Shown here: positions 31,416-41,070 of the stretch, in pieces
Numbering within the stretch: the stretch's first letter is position 1
Layout: each line of letters starts with the position of its first letter
Assembly: GCA_041690135.1 (NCBI GenBank)
Contig: JAWLHY010000021.1
Coordinates: 1 to 64,000 of the forward strand
Source: Armatimonadota bacterium
Lineage (GTDB): Bacteria > Armatimonadota > SYMT01
Direction of reading: 5' to 3'
DNA: 64,000 bases
Notes under the pieces: model-generated
What the model saw: only the letters and a program-made list of their open reading frames with translations
What the model was told of the DNA's origin: nothing
Database searches by the model: none
Program-made: the position numbers and the translations under genes

Positions 31416-32999
31416 ATGTCTGATTTCACTGCACAGCAGAGCCGCGCCGAAAAGATGGACCGCGCCATGACGGTCGTCAGCGGTTGGGCGGCGATCGTCC
31501 TGGGCGTGCTGGCGACGCACCGCCTCGTGGCCCAGGGCGCGATGGACTGGTGGTCGCGCGCCGGACTGATCCTGTCATTCGGCCTCGCGATCATGTGGAT
31601 CTGGGGCTTCTGGCCCGAAATCGCGGCGCGCACCCGCTCCTGGGTACGCGGCGGCGGGTTCAATACGGCCGCCATCGCCATCGGGCTGGTCGTGGCCCTG
31701 ATCCTGACGAACGCGGTGGTCCGCCGGCGCATGGTGGTCAAGTGGGACCTCACCAAGAACCAGCGGTTCACCCTGGCCCCGCGCACCAAGGAGATCCTCA
31801 AGAGCCTGGACAAGCCGGTCAAGGCGACCGTGTTCGTGCCTGCGGGTCGTTCGCTGTCCCGACCTCGTGACCTGTTCAAGCAGTACGAAGACGCCAGCGG
31901 CAACTTCCAGTGGGAGCATGTGGACCCCCTCGTGGAGCAGACCAAGCTGCTGGCGATGCAGCCGCCGCCGAAACTGAACTCCATGGATCTCACCGGAGCC
32001 CGCCTGACCTACGGCGACAAGTTCCAGGACATCACGGACTTCACCGAGAAGGAAGTCACCAGCGCCATCCTCAAGATGACGCGCGACACCCAGCGGAAGA
32101 TCGTGTTCCTGCAGGGTCATGGGGAGCCGGAGCTCGAGGGAGCCGGCGCGACCAGCGACCCGGGCAAGTCGATCCAGGAAGTCGTGAACGGCCTGAAGGA
32201 AGTCGATTGGCAGGTCGAGGGCGTCAGCCTCTATGGCAAGGACGTTAAGGCGCTCGACCCGGCGGAAGTGGCAGTGCTCGTCATTGCGGGGCCGGAGCGG
32301 GACCTGGCGGATGAGGAAGCCAAGCGGATCAACGAGTACCTCAACAAGGGTGGGCGGGTGCTTCTGCTGCTCAACCCCGGCGGCCCCAACTACGCCAACT
32401 TCCTGAAGGACTGGGGCATCAAGACGGGGGACGACATCGTCCTCGATCGCAGCCAGCAGGGACTGGTGATGGTCTCGGCCAGCCGCGACTCGCACGAAGC
32501 CGTGCGGCCCGGACGCCGCGTGCTGTTCCAGCCGCTCCGCAGCGTTACGGCCGTCAGCCCGGCGCCCACCGGCGTCACCGTGACGGAGATCCTGAAGTCG
32601 GGCGAGTTCAGCGAGTCCGTCGCCGGCTACAAGCCGGGCAAGCCGGTGGACCTCGCCCAGGCCAAGCCCGGCCCGGTCGGCCTGGCCGCCCTGGCGGAGA
32701 AGACCCTCGGCACGGGTGATGACGCGAAGAAGGCGCGCCTGATCGTGGTGGGCGACAGTGCGTTCATGTCGGACCAGTGGACTCGCCTGCCCTCGTTCTT
32801 CAACCTGGACCTGGCTTCCGGGCTGGTGAACTACCTGGGCGAGGAAGAGGCCCTGGTCGCCATCGCGCCCAAGGATGAGAACACGGAACAGGCCTTCCTC
32901 ACGCCCGAGCAGGGCCGGCTCCTGCCGCTGTTCCACTTCATCGACTTTCCGCTCCTGACACTGCTCCTGGCAGTGGTGGTTTACCTGAAGCGCAGATAA
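31416..32999 (+). CDS. GldG-like ABC auxiliary component
   Basis: WDLTKNQRFTLA, IVFLQGHGE, YLNKGGRVLLL, RLIVVGDSAF, C-terminal TM. Confidence 0.9.
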   Translation: MSDFTAQQSRAEKMDRAMTVVSGWAAIVLGVLATHRLVAQGAMDWWSRAGLILSFGLAIMWIWGFWPEIAARTRSWVRGGGFNTAAIAIGLVVALILTNAVVRRRMVVKWDLTKNQRFTLAPRTKEILKSLDKPVKATVFVPAGRSLSRPRDLFKQYEDASGNFQWEHVDPLVEQTKLLAMQPPPKLNSMDLTGARLTYGDKFQDITDFTEKEVTSAILKMTRDTQRKIVFLQGHGEPELEGAGATSDPGKSIQEVVNGLKEVDWQVEGVSLYGKDVKALDPAEVAVLVIAGPERDLADEEAKRINEYLNKGGRVLLLLNPGGPNYANFLKDWGIKTGDDIVLDRSQQGLVMVSASRDSHEAVRPGRRVLFQPLRSVTAVSPAPTGVTVTEILKSGEFSESVAGYKPGKPVDLAQAKPGPVGLAALAEKTLGTGDDAKKARLIVVGDSAFMSDQWTRLPSFFNLDLASGLVNYLGEEEALVAIAPKDENTEQAFLTPEQGRLLPLFHFIDFPLLTLLLAVVVYLKRR

Positions 33000-33003
33000 G
33001 TCT

Positions 33004-34455
33004 ATGGCAGATGTAGCGGTCAAGAAGAAGAAAAGCGCCCTCAAGGGGAAGGGCGGCCTGGTGATGCTCGCGGTGGTGGCCGGTCTGGGCGTGGTGTACT
33101 TCCTCGACCAGAAGGCCCCCCCGCCGCGGGATCCCGACTCGGAGCCGCCGGTCTCGGAGTTCGTCCACGCCACGTCGAAAGATGTGCGTCGGGTGGAGGT
33201 GAAGCGGGGCGACGGCGCCTTCACCCTGGTGAAGAACGGAGACCAGTGGGCCTTCGAGGCCCCCGCGAAGTTCCGTGCCAACTCCGAGTCGGTCACCTCC
33301 TGGCTGAAGGGCCTGCTCGAGGATGCCACGGTCAGCCGGGCCCTCAAGGGGAAGGCGGAGAGCGTTTCGTCCTACGGTCTGGACAAGCCCAGCGCCGAGC
33401 TGGTGCTGACCACCGGGCGAGGGGAGACGCGCACCCTGCAGGTGGGAAAGGGCTTCAGCGTGCCGGGGGACACCAGCGGCGCCAGCAGCAGCTTCTACGC
33501 CCGGGAGGCCAAAGATGGTCGCCTCTTCATGCTCACGTCGATGCAGGCAGACGACGTAATGAAGAAGAAACTCGAAGACCTGCGGGACAAGCGCCTGCTG
33601 GTGCTGGGCGAAGAGAAGGGCGTTCAGAAGGTCGTGATCCAGCGGTCGGCCGGCACCCTGGAAGTGACGCGGAGCGGCGAAGACAAGTGGAACCTGGTCC
33701 AACCATTCCAGGCGCCCGCGGACAGCGCGGACGTGAGCTCGCTTCTAAGCCAGGCCAAGTCCGCCGAAGCGGAGTCGTTCGCTGAGGACAGCGCCGCGGA
33801 CATGGCGAAGTACGGTCTCGACCAGCCCCGCCTGACGCTGAAGGTCACCGACAAGAAGGGAACCCACACCCTGCTGTTCGGAAAGGCGACGAGCGACGGG
33901 AAGGTCTATGCGGCGCGGGAAGGGGAGAAGGAGGTGACCCTGGTCTCCAAGTTCACCTTCGAGAGCTTCGACAAGAAGCCGTCCGACCTGCGCGACCGGA
34001 AGCTGATCTCCCTCGCCGAGGACAAGATCACCTACCTCGACCTCAAGAACCCGCACGGCGCGATGCGTCTCCAGAAGGTGGGCAGCGACTGGCAATTCGC
34101 CGACGCGACCGACCCGAAGGAGAAGAAGGCGAAGACGGATACGGTGGAGCAGATCCTCACCGATATCCGGTCCTCCGCGGACCGGCACGTGGAAGAGGCC
34201 CCCGCCGATCTTGCGAAGTACGGCCTGGACAAGCCGGTGGTCACCGTGCAGGTGAACGACGGCCGCAGTTCCACCCAGGTGCTGACCCTCGGCAAGAAGA
34301 CCCCGGGCGGCAACTATTTCGCGCGAGGGAATGGCCCGGCCGTGTTCGAGGTCCAGTCCTTTGTCTACGAAGGCCTGAACGTCAAGCGCGATGCCCTCAA
34401 GGCCCAGCCGGAAGAGACCAAAGCCGAGGGGGCGAAAGCCGAAGACAAGAAGTAG
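33004..34455 (+). CDS. DUF4340-domain protein (three repeats)
   Basis: N-terminal TM; three YGLD(K/Q)P repeats and two DLRD(K/R) motifs. Confidence 0.88.
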   Translation: MADVAVKKKKSALKGKGGLVMLAVVAGLGVVYFLDQKAPPPRDPDSEPPVSEFVHATSKDVRRVEVKRGDGAFTLVKNGDQWAFEAPAKFRANSESVTSWLKGLLEDATVSRALKGKAESVSSYGLDKPSAELVLTTGRGETRTLQVGKGFSVPGDTSGASSSFYAREAKDGRLFMLTSMQADDVMKKKLEDLRDKRLLVLGEEKGVQKVVIQRSAGTLEVTRSGEDKWNLVQPFQAPADSADVSSLLSQAKSAEAESFAEDSAADMAKYGLDQPRLTLKVTDKKGTHTLLFGKATSDGKVYAAREGEKEVTLVSKFTFESFDKKPSDLRDRKLISLAEDKITYLDLKNPHGAMRLQKVGSDWQFADATDPKEKKAKTDTVEQILTDIRSSADRHVEEAPADLAKYGLDKPVVTVQVNDGRSSTQVLTLGKKTPGGNYFARGNGPAVFEVQSFVYEGLNVKRDALKAQPEETKAEGAKAEDKK

Positions 34456-34480
34456 GCCGGCTTCGCCTCCGGACATAAAG

Positions 34481-34516
34481 AGGGGTCGCGCCGGAAACGG
34501 ACGCGGCCCCTTTTTC
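34481..34516 (+). terminator. Rho-independent terminator of the Gld-like operon
   Basis: AGGGGTCGCG-ccggaaacgga-CGCGGCCCCT then TTTTT. Confidence 0.85.
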
Positions 34517-34543
34517 AAGCCCTGGCTATGCCGAACTCGAAGC

Positions 34544-35362
34544 TCAAGCTTCCTCCGGGGGATTCTGCCGCCGTAGCCTTTCCAACTCGGCTTGCAAACG
34601 CTCGACCTCCAGCGCCAATTGGTCCGCGCGCCGGCGCTCAGATTCCGCATTCCGTCTTGCGGTCTCGGCGTTCCGCCGTTCCTCTTCCGCACGGAGCCAC
34701 TCCCTCTCCGCGCGCTCACGCTCGGCTTCAAGCTGGGTGTGCATCTCGCGATAGAGAGCCACCCATTCGGTCGCCTCGGGCACCGGCGCACCGTCGAGAC
34801 CGTAGATGCGCAAGAGGATCTCCGTGTCGCGGGAAAAGGCAACACCCAGGCCGGCACTGTGGTACCGGCCGTCAGCCGCCGGCTGCTGGCGCCGATAGAC
34901 CCCACCTTCCAACCGGAAGAAGAGCAGCTCATCGCGATCTTCATCGTAGATCAGGTACTCCGGCACGCGCAGGACATTCTGGTAAATCTCCAGCTTCTTT
35001 CCGCGGTCGTCCCCGCGACTGCCTTCCGACGAGATCTCAATGACGAGGTCCGGCACGGCCTCTTCCCAGATGCGGATCACAGCCCGCGGCGGCTCGTGAG
35101 GCACGCCCTGGATGACGAAGCCGTCCGGAGCGATCTTCTTTTCGATGTTCCCCGGCTCCCAGTACAGGAACTGGTCCGCACCCACGTGGACATCCTCACG
35201 AGCTTCGAAAACGTACCGGAGGGCATGGTACAGGTAGGCGATCAGGCGGAGCGCCTGCTCCGACAGCGGAACGGTGCGTTCTTCCTCGGCGGGGTAATAG
35301 ATGCCGTCAGCCCCGTACCGCGAGCCGTGATCGAACCTTCTTGGGCTGGCAGGAAGTGCCAT
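34544..35362 (-). CDS. Uma2/DUF820-family PD-(D/E)XK endonuclease with coiled-coil tail
   Basis: IAPDGFVI, PDLVIEISS, KLEIYQNVLRVPEYLIYD; AERERAE-type tail. Confidence 0.9.
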   Translation of the reverse strand: MALPASPRRFDHGSRYGADGIYYPAEEERTVPLSEQALRLIAYLYHALRYVFEAREDVHVGADQFLYWEPGNIEKKIAPDGFVIQGVPHEPPRAVIRIWEEAVPDLVIEISSEGSRGDDRGKKLEIYQNVLRVPEYLIYDEDRDELLFFRLEGGVYRRQQPAADGRYHSAGLGVAFSRDTEILLRIYGLDGAPVPEATEWVALYREMHTQLEAERERAEREWLRAEEERRNAETARRNAESERRRADQLALEVERLQAELERLRRQNPPEEA

Positions 35363-35548
35363 ACTCCCTCCTTGCTTGCATTATACCGCCGGACCATCAA
35401 TGCACCTCCTGGCAGTGCCAACCGGGAATTCCCTGCGAGCGCCCAGTTATCATTTGGCTCTCTGGCCTGCATCCAAGGAAGGAAGCCGGTCCGCGCCTAA
35501 CTCCTACTGGGGGCGGAGGTGTGGTTCCGCTCCGGAAGGAATGGCAGT

Positions 35549-36976
35549 ATGGTGGGCAAGTCGAGAGGATTTGGGATTTTCAACTGGCTGTTAGTGTTCG
35601 TGCTTTTGCTGGGGCTGACCCTGCCCGGTCGCGCCGCGGCGAAACGTCCCAATATCGTCTTCATCCTCGTCGATGATCTCCGTTGGGACGCCCTCGGCTG
35701 CACAGGCCATCCGTTCGCCCGCACGCCCAACATCGACCGCATCGCCCGGGAAGGGGTGATGTTCCGGAACGCTTTCGTTACCACGCCCCTTTGCTCACCG
35801 GCCAGAGCCAGCTTCCTCACCGGGCAGTATGTGCATACCCACTCGGTTCGTGGGAATGGCGCCGACTACAACACGATCAGCCACCAACTGGTCACGTTCC
35901 CCGCGCTCCTGCAGCAGGCGAAGTATCAAACCGCCTACGTGGGCAAGTGGCACATGGGCAACGACGACACCCCGCGGCCCGGGTTCAACCACTGGGTCAG
36001 TTTCAAGGGGCAGGGGACGCACAACGACCCGGAGATCAACGTCAACGGACGATCGCAGCGCGTGCCGGGTTACATGACCGACATCCTTTCGGACCACGCG
36101 GTCGACTTCATCCGGAAGCCCCACTCCCAGCCATTTGCCCTCTACCTTTCGCACAAGGCCGTTCACGGCCCGTTCATTCCCGCCGAACGCCACAAGAATC
36201 TGTTCACGAGCAACCCCGTCCAACGCCCCCCCGGCACGGGTGACCCGCTCGACGGCAAACCGATCCTGCGGCGGAAGGTCGGGAACCTGCCCCCGGTGGG
36301 ACCGGGGACCGGCCCCGGTGAGGCGCTCGTCCGCAACCAACTCCGGATGCTGGCCGCCATTGACGAGGGCGTGGGGAAGATCCTGGAAGCGCTTCACCAG
36401 ACCGGAAAGCTGGATGATACCGTCCTGGTCTTCACCAGCGACAACGGCTACTTCTGGGGCGAGCACGGCCTGGGCGACAAGCGCGCGGCCTATGAGGAGT
36501 CGATCCGGATCCCGCTGCTGGTCCGCTACCCGCGCGTGGTCCGGCCCGGCACCGTCCTGGATCAGATGGTCCTGAACGTCGATGTCGCTCCGACGCTGCT
36601 CCAACTGGGAGAGGCGAAGCGGCCAGGCACGATTCAGGGTCGCTCGCTGGTGCCCTATCTGCGGAAACCGAAGTCGGAGGGCCGGGATGCTGCCCTGTTC
36701 GAGTACTTCATGGAGCCGCATTTCCCACGGATTCCATCCTGGCAAGCGGTTCGGACCTCCCGCTGGAAGTACATCCACTACCCGAACTTCGACGGGATGG
36801 ACGAGCTTTACGACTTGCAAGAAGACCGCTACGAACTGCGGAACCTGATCGAGGACCGAGAGCACCAGAAAGTGCTAAAGCAGATGCAGAAGCGGCTTCA
36901 CTCACTTCTGAAGGGTACCGGGGTTAAGGATCCAGAAACGCTCCTGCTACCTGGAGGAAGGCCAAACCCGGGGTAA
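35549..36976 (+). CDS. Secreted S1 sulfatase (N-acetylglucosamine-6-sulfatase-like)
   Basis: RPNIVFILVDD, CSPARASFLTG (CxPxR), GKWH, TSDNG, GDKRAAYEESIRIP. Confidence 0.93.
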   Translation: MVGKSRGFGIFNWLLVFVLLLGLTLPGRAAAKRPNIVFILVDDLRWDALGCTGHPFARTPNIDRIAREGVMFRNAFVTTPLCSPARASFLTGQYVHTHSVRGNGADYNTISHQLVTFPALLQQAKYQTAYVGKWHMGNDDTPRPGFNHWVSFKGQGTHNDPEINVNGRSQRVPGYMTDILSDHAVDFIRKPHSQPFALYLSHKAVHGPFIPAERHKNLFTSNPVQRPPGTGDPLDGKPILRRKVGNLPPVGPGTGPGEALVRNQLRMLAAIDEGVGKILEALHQTGKLDDTVLVFTSDNGYFWGEHGLGDKRAAYEESIRIPLLVRYPRVVRPGTVLDQMVLNVDVAPTLLQLGEAKRPGTIQGRSLVPYLRKPKSEGRDAALFEYFMEPHFPRIPSWQAVRTSRWKYIHYPNFDGMDELYDLQEDRYELRNLIEDREHQKVLKQMQKRLHSLLKGTGVKDPETLLLPGGRPNPG

Positions 36977-37072
36977 GGTGCGTGGCCCGCGTACCATATG
37001 CGACCCGGAGACAGCCCACGGCACGCTACGCCGAAAAGGCGGTCGGAATACCGGGAGATGGGGGCATCTCCG

Positions 37073-38443
37073 ATGAAACGAAGTGCCATTGATAACTGGG
37101 TTCGCTGGGTCCGGCCACATATCGGTAAGGCGACGGTTCTCTGCATCGTCGGGTGCGCCGCCCTGCTCGTTCTCAGAGTACCGCCTCCCTGGGCTATCGG
37201 CTGCCTGCTGGCTTCGCTTTCCTTTCTATATCTCCCCATCCTTTTCAGGGTACTGGCACTTGCGCGGTACGCGGAAGGCGAGTGGTTTGAGAAGGACAAT
37301 GTGCGCCTCATCTGTCCAATTGGTCTGGTAGATCATCTGGACACCGATGCGTGCCTCCAGGCCGCAGTCGACGCCTGGAAGGAGATCGGCGTTCTACTAC
37401 ACGGAAATCCCGATGGCACGCTCATCCGTATCGTAGTGATCCCTACCTCTGATGAACTTACTCGCCTATTGGGACAGGAAACCGGCGGGATGGCACTGAT
37501 CGACTACGTCTTGATCGGCGCCGACTTCCTTACCACGCCGACTAGGACCCGGGAATCTCTGCGCCACGAGATAGCGCACCTCCAGAGCAAACCATTCGGT
37601 AGACGAAAGCCTAGCTTCATCGAAGAAGGTCTGGCTGTCTGGTTACAGGGGAGCGATTACGGAAGACCGATACACGCGCCGCCAATCGCACGAATCCAGC
37701 TTGGGAATATCCCTCGCCTCAAGACAATTGGAAGAGCCCGAGTATTCGACAGCAACCCGCACGATAGCTATGCCGCTGCGGGTAGCTTTACCGGATTTTT
37801 GATCGACTACTTCGGCTGGAGAACCTACCTGGAATTCTACCGGTGCGTAACACCTCGTTGGACAGGTCCATTCCAGAAGGTCTTCGGCCTGACGCCGGAA
37901 CAGGCGGAGAAGCTGTGGCACGAATACCTCTCATCCCTCGAAGGCGAACTCGAGCCCCACGTTACAGTGCTGGCAGCCGAACGCCGAGTGCTGGAGACTT
38001 GTGACAGGGGGCGGTGGAAGGAGTGCCTGGCAGAAGGCGCCAAAGCCCGCAGCCAGGCAACCGTTACCTCGCGCATGCTGTGGTCGTTCTCCAGCGCCGC
38101 CGCGAACGTGGGTGACCTGACGACAGCGGCAGAGGCCCTGGAGCAGGCAATCGCGCTGGGGGATGACTGGGTCGTGCCCTACTTGAGTGAAGGTTGGCTC
38201 TCACTGGGACAGCTTTACGAAGGTCTGGGCCGACGGAAAGAGGCCATCGGCGCCTACCGGAAGGCACTTGAGCTGCCTGACTACCTGGGATCTTCGTCGA
38301 CCCACCAGGAGGCTCGCCGCCATCTGGAGTTACTCGGCGCCCGTGGTGAGCCGGCGGTCCGGAGATCTATTCCATCAAGTCAAGCCGAGGTGGAAGCCGC
38401 ATCTGGAGGAGAATCCGGACGGCGACCGGGAAGTGAAGAGTAA
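37073..38443 (+). CDS. Membrane-anchored gluzincin (peptidase MA-like) with C-terminal TPR repeats
   Basis: Two N-terminal TMs; LRHEIAH...IEEGLA; LGQLYEGLGRRKEAIGAYRKALEL TPR; start at 37058 or 37073. Confidence 0.75.
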   Translation: MKRSAIDNWVRWVRPHIGKATVLCIVGCAALLVLRVPPPWAIGCLLASLSFLYLPILFRVLALARYAEGEWFEKDNVRLICPIGLVDHLDTDACLQAAVDAWKEIGVLLHGNPDGTLIRIVVIPTSDELTRLLGQETGGMALIDYVLIGADFLTTPTRTRESLRHEIAHLQSKPFGRRKPSFIEEGLAVWLQGSDYGRPIHAPPIARIQLGNIPRLKTIGRARVFDSNPHDSYAAAGSFTGFLIDYFGWRTYLEFYRCVTPRWTGPFQKVFGLTPEQAEKLWHEYLSSLEGELEPHVTVLAAERRVLETCDRGRWKECLAEGAKARSQATVTSRMLWSFSSAAANVGDLTTAAEALEQAIALGDDWVVPYLSEGWLSLGQLYEGLGRRKEAIGAYRKALELPDYLGSSSTHQEARRHLELLGARGEPAVRRSIPSSQAEVEAASGGESGRRPGSEE

Positions 38444-40158
38444 TGGCTACACAAAGTGTCCCCCACAGGCCCGGTTCCATTCGCCCGCGTCCCACGGCCG
38501 TTGCCTTTGCGGTGTTGCCGCTGGGCCTGGTCTGGAGCGCGTCCGCCGAGACCCGGCGCGCGGAGCGCCCGAACATCGTCCTGATCATCACCGATGACCA
38601 GGGGTACGCCGACCTGGGGCTGCATGGGAATGAGAAGATCCGCACGCCCAACCTGGACCGCCTGGGCCGCGAGAGCGTGCGGTTCTCGCAGTTCTGTGTG
38701 AGCCCGGTCTGCGCCCCCACCCGCGCCTCGCTGATGACCGGCCGGTACAACTACCGGACCGGCGTGGTGGACACCTACCTCGGGCGGGCGATGATGCACC
38801 CGGACGAGGTAACGCTGCCGGAGGTCCTGTACCGCGAGGGGTACCGGACCGGCATCTTCGGCAAGTGGCACCTGGGCGACAACCACCCCATGCGGCCGAT
38901 CGACCAGGGCTTTCAGGAAGCCCTCACCCATAACGGCGGCGGCATCGACCAGCCCGGAGACCCGCCGGGCACGGCCGGCTACTTCGATCCGGCGCTGTTC
39001 CGGAACGGCAAGCTCGTGAAGACGAAGGGTTATTGCACGGACGTCTTCACCGACGCCGCTCTCCAGTTCATCGAGAAGCACCGGTCCCGGCCCTTCTTTG
39101 CCTACCTGGCCACAAACGCGCCGCACGACCCGCTGCAGGTGGACGAGCGCTACGTGGAGCCGTACCGGAAACTGGGGCTGGACGAGCGCACCGCCAAGAT
39201 TTACGGCATGGTGACCAACCTGGATGAGAATGTCGGTCGCCTGCTCGAGAAGCTCCGGCAATTGAACCTGGAGCGCGAGACGATCCTGTTGTTCATGACC
39301 GACAACGGTCCCGCGGGACGGCGGGCCTACAACGCGGGGCTCCGCGCCCAGAAGGGCTCCCCATACGAAGGCGGCATCCGGGCGCCGCTGTTCGTCCGCT
39401 GGCCGGGCGTGCTGCAACCCGGTCACACGGTGGACCGCCTGGCCGGGCATATCGACCTGTTCCCAACGCTCCTGGAGGCCGCCGGAGCAGAACCACCTCC
39501 AGGGGTGAAGATCGATGGTAGGAGCCTTTTACCCCTACTCCGCGAACCACAGAGCGCAACGACCGCCTGGCCCAACCGCACCCTGTATTTCCAGTGGCAT
39601 CGCGGCGACCGCCCCGAGCCATTCCGCGGCTCCGCCATCCGGGGCCAGCGGTATAAGCTGGTCGAAGGGAAGGAGCTGTACGACCTGCAAGGAGATCCCG
39701 GCGAGACGAAGGATCTCTCCGCGCAGCACCCGGAGATCGTCACGCGGATGCGCCGCGACTACTGGGCCTGGTACCGCGACGTGTCTTCCACGCGCGGGTA
39801 CGATCCGCCGCGGATCACCCTGGGCACGCGACATGAGGACCCGGTCGTGCTCTCTCGGCAGGACTGGCGCGGCCCGGACGCAGGGTGGACGCCCAAATCG
39901 GTGGGGCACTGGGAGGTGGAGACCGCCCGCTCCGGTCGTTACGAAGTCACCCTCCGCCTCGCGTCCAACACCCCCACCGGCGAAGCGCACTTCCGCCTCG
40001 GACCGGTGTCCGCGAAGCAGCCGGTCCCGGCCGGCAGCGCCACCTGCGTATTCCGGAACCTGCAACTCCCCGCCGGACCGGGACGCCTGGAAGCCTGGGT
40101 GGAGACCGCATCCGCCAAACTCGGCGTACACTACGTTGAAGCACGTAGACGGGAGTAG
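38443..40158 (+). CDS. Secreted arylsulfatase with C-terminal beta domain
   Basis: RPNIVLIITDDQG, CAPTRASLMTG, GKWHLG, TDNG, KGSPYEGGIRAP; TAATG coupling to the upstream gene. Confidence 0.93.
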   Translation: MATQSVPHRPGSIRPRPTAVAFAVLPLGLVWSASAETRRAERPNIVLIITDDQGYADLGLHGNEKIRTPNLDRLGRESVRFSQFCVSPVCAPTRASLMTGRYNYRTGVVDTYLGRAMMHPDEVTLPEVLYREGYRTGIFGKWHLGDNHPMRPIDQGFQEALTHNGGGIDQPGDPPGTAGYFDPALFRNGKLVKTKGYCTDVFTDAALQFIEKHRSRPFFAYLATNAPHDPLQVDERYVEPYRKLGLDERTAKIYGMVTNLDENVGRLLEKLRQLNLERETILLFMTDNGPAGRRAYNAGLRAQKGSPYEGGIRAPLFVRWPGVLQPGHTVDRLAGHIDLFPTLLEAAGAEPPPGVKIDGRSLLPLLREPQSATTAWPNRTLYFQWHRGDRPEPFRGSAIRGQRYKLVEGKELYDLQGDPGETKDLSAQHPEIVTRMRRDYWAWYRDVSSTRGYDPPRITLGTRHEDPVVLSRQDWRGPDAGWTPKSVGHWEVETARSGRYEVTLRLASNTPTGEAHFRLGPVSAKQPVPAGSATCVFRNLQLPAGPGRLEAWVETASAKLGVHYVEARRRE

Positions 40159-40163
40159 GCGAA

Positions 40164-41066
40164 GTGAAAGTACTGGTCTCGGGAGCAGGGGGGCTGGTCG
40201 GATCGGAACTGGTGCCCACGCTGGAACGGGCAGGACATACGGTGGTGCGCCTGGTCCGAACCCCTCCCAGGGATGGAAGCGAAATCCAGTGGGATCCCAT
40301 GGGAGGCAGGTTGGATGCGGCCGCCCTGGAGGCGGCAGGCATCGAGGGCGTCATCCACCTGGCGGGGGAGAACATCGCGGAGGGGCGGTGGTCCGCGGAG
40401 CAAAAGCAGCGAATCCGCGACAGCCGCGTGAAAGGCACCCAGTTGCTGGCTTCCACCCTGGCGCGGATGGCACAGCCGCCCGCGGTGCTGGTTTCCGCCT
40501 CGGCGACAGGTTTCTACGGGGACCGAGGCGACGAGATCCTGACAGAGGACAGCCCCTCCGGCTCCGATTTCCTCTCCGCCGTCTGCCGGGAGTGGGAGGC
40601 CGCCACCCAGCCCGCCGAGCAGGCCGGAATCCGGGTCGTCCATGCCCGGTTCGGGATTATCCTCAGCCCGGAGGGGGGCGCACTCGCCAAAATGCTACCA
40701 CCCTTTCGCCTGGGTGCCGGCGGACCGTTCGGGAGCGGGCGCCAGTGGATGAGCTGGATCGCCCTGGAGGATGCCGTCGGAGCCGTATTGCGCTCGCTGA
40801 TGAACGACCATTTGCGCGGGCCGGTGAACGTGGTGGCGCCGAACGCGGTGCGCAACGCCGAGTTCGCGCGGGTCCTGGGGCACGTTCTGGGTCGTCCGGC
40901 CGCGGTGCCTGCACCCGCGTTCGCCCTGCGCCTGATGTTGGGAGAAATGGCCGACGCGCTGCTGCTCTCCGGGCAGCACGTCCAACCGGCACGGCTGACA
41001 GCCGCCGGGTTCGCATTTCGCTATCCCGAACTGGAAGGAGCTTTACGCCACCTGCTTGGAAAGTAG
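40164..41066 (+). CDS. TIGR01777/YfcH-family NAD(P)-binding epimerase-like protein
   Basis: VSGAGGLVG, IHLAGENIA.GRW, SASATGFYG, GSGRQWMSWI, GFAFRYP. Confidence 0.93.
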   Translation: MKVLVSGAGGLVGSELVPTLERAGHTVVRLVRTPPRDGSEIQWDPMGGRLDAAALEAAGIEGVIHLAGENIAEGRWSAEQKQRIRDSRVKGTQLLASTLARMAQPPAVLVSASATGFYGDRGDEILTEDSPSGSDFLSAVCREWEAATQPAEQAGIRVVHARFGIILSPEGGALAKMLPPFRLGAGGPFGSGRQWMSWIALEDAVGAVLRSLMNDHLRGPVNVVAPNAVRNAEFARVLGHVLGRPAAVPAPAFALRLMLGEMADALLLSGQHVQPARLTAAGFAFRYPELEGALRHLLGK

Positions 41067-41070
41067 GGGT

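Noticed and set aside
29459-34455. Evidence for gliding motility
   Set aside because: GldAFG-like ABC systems are widespread and no gld motor or T9SS genes are present
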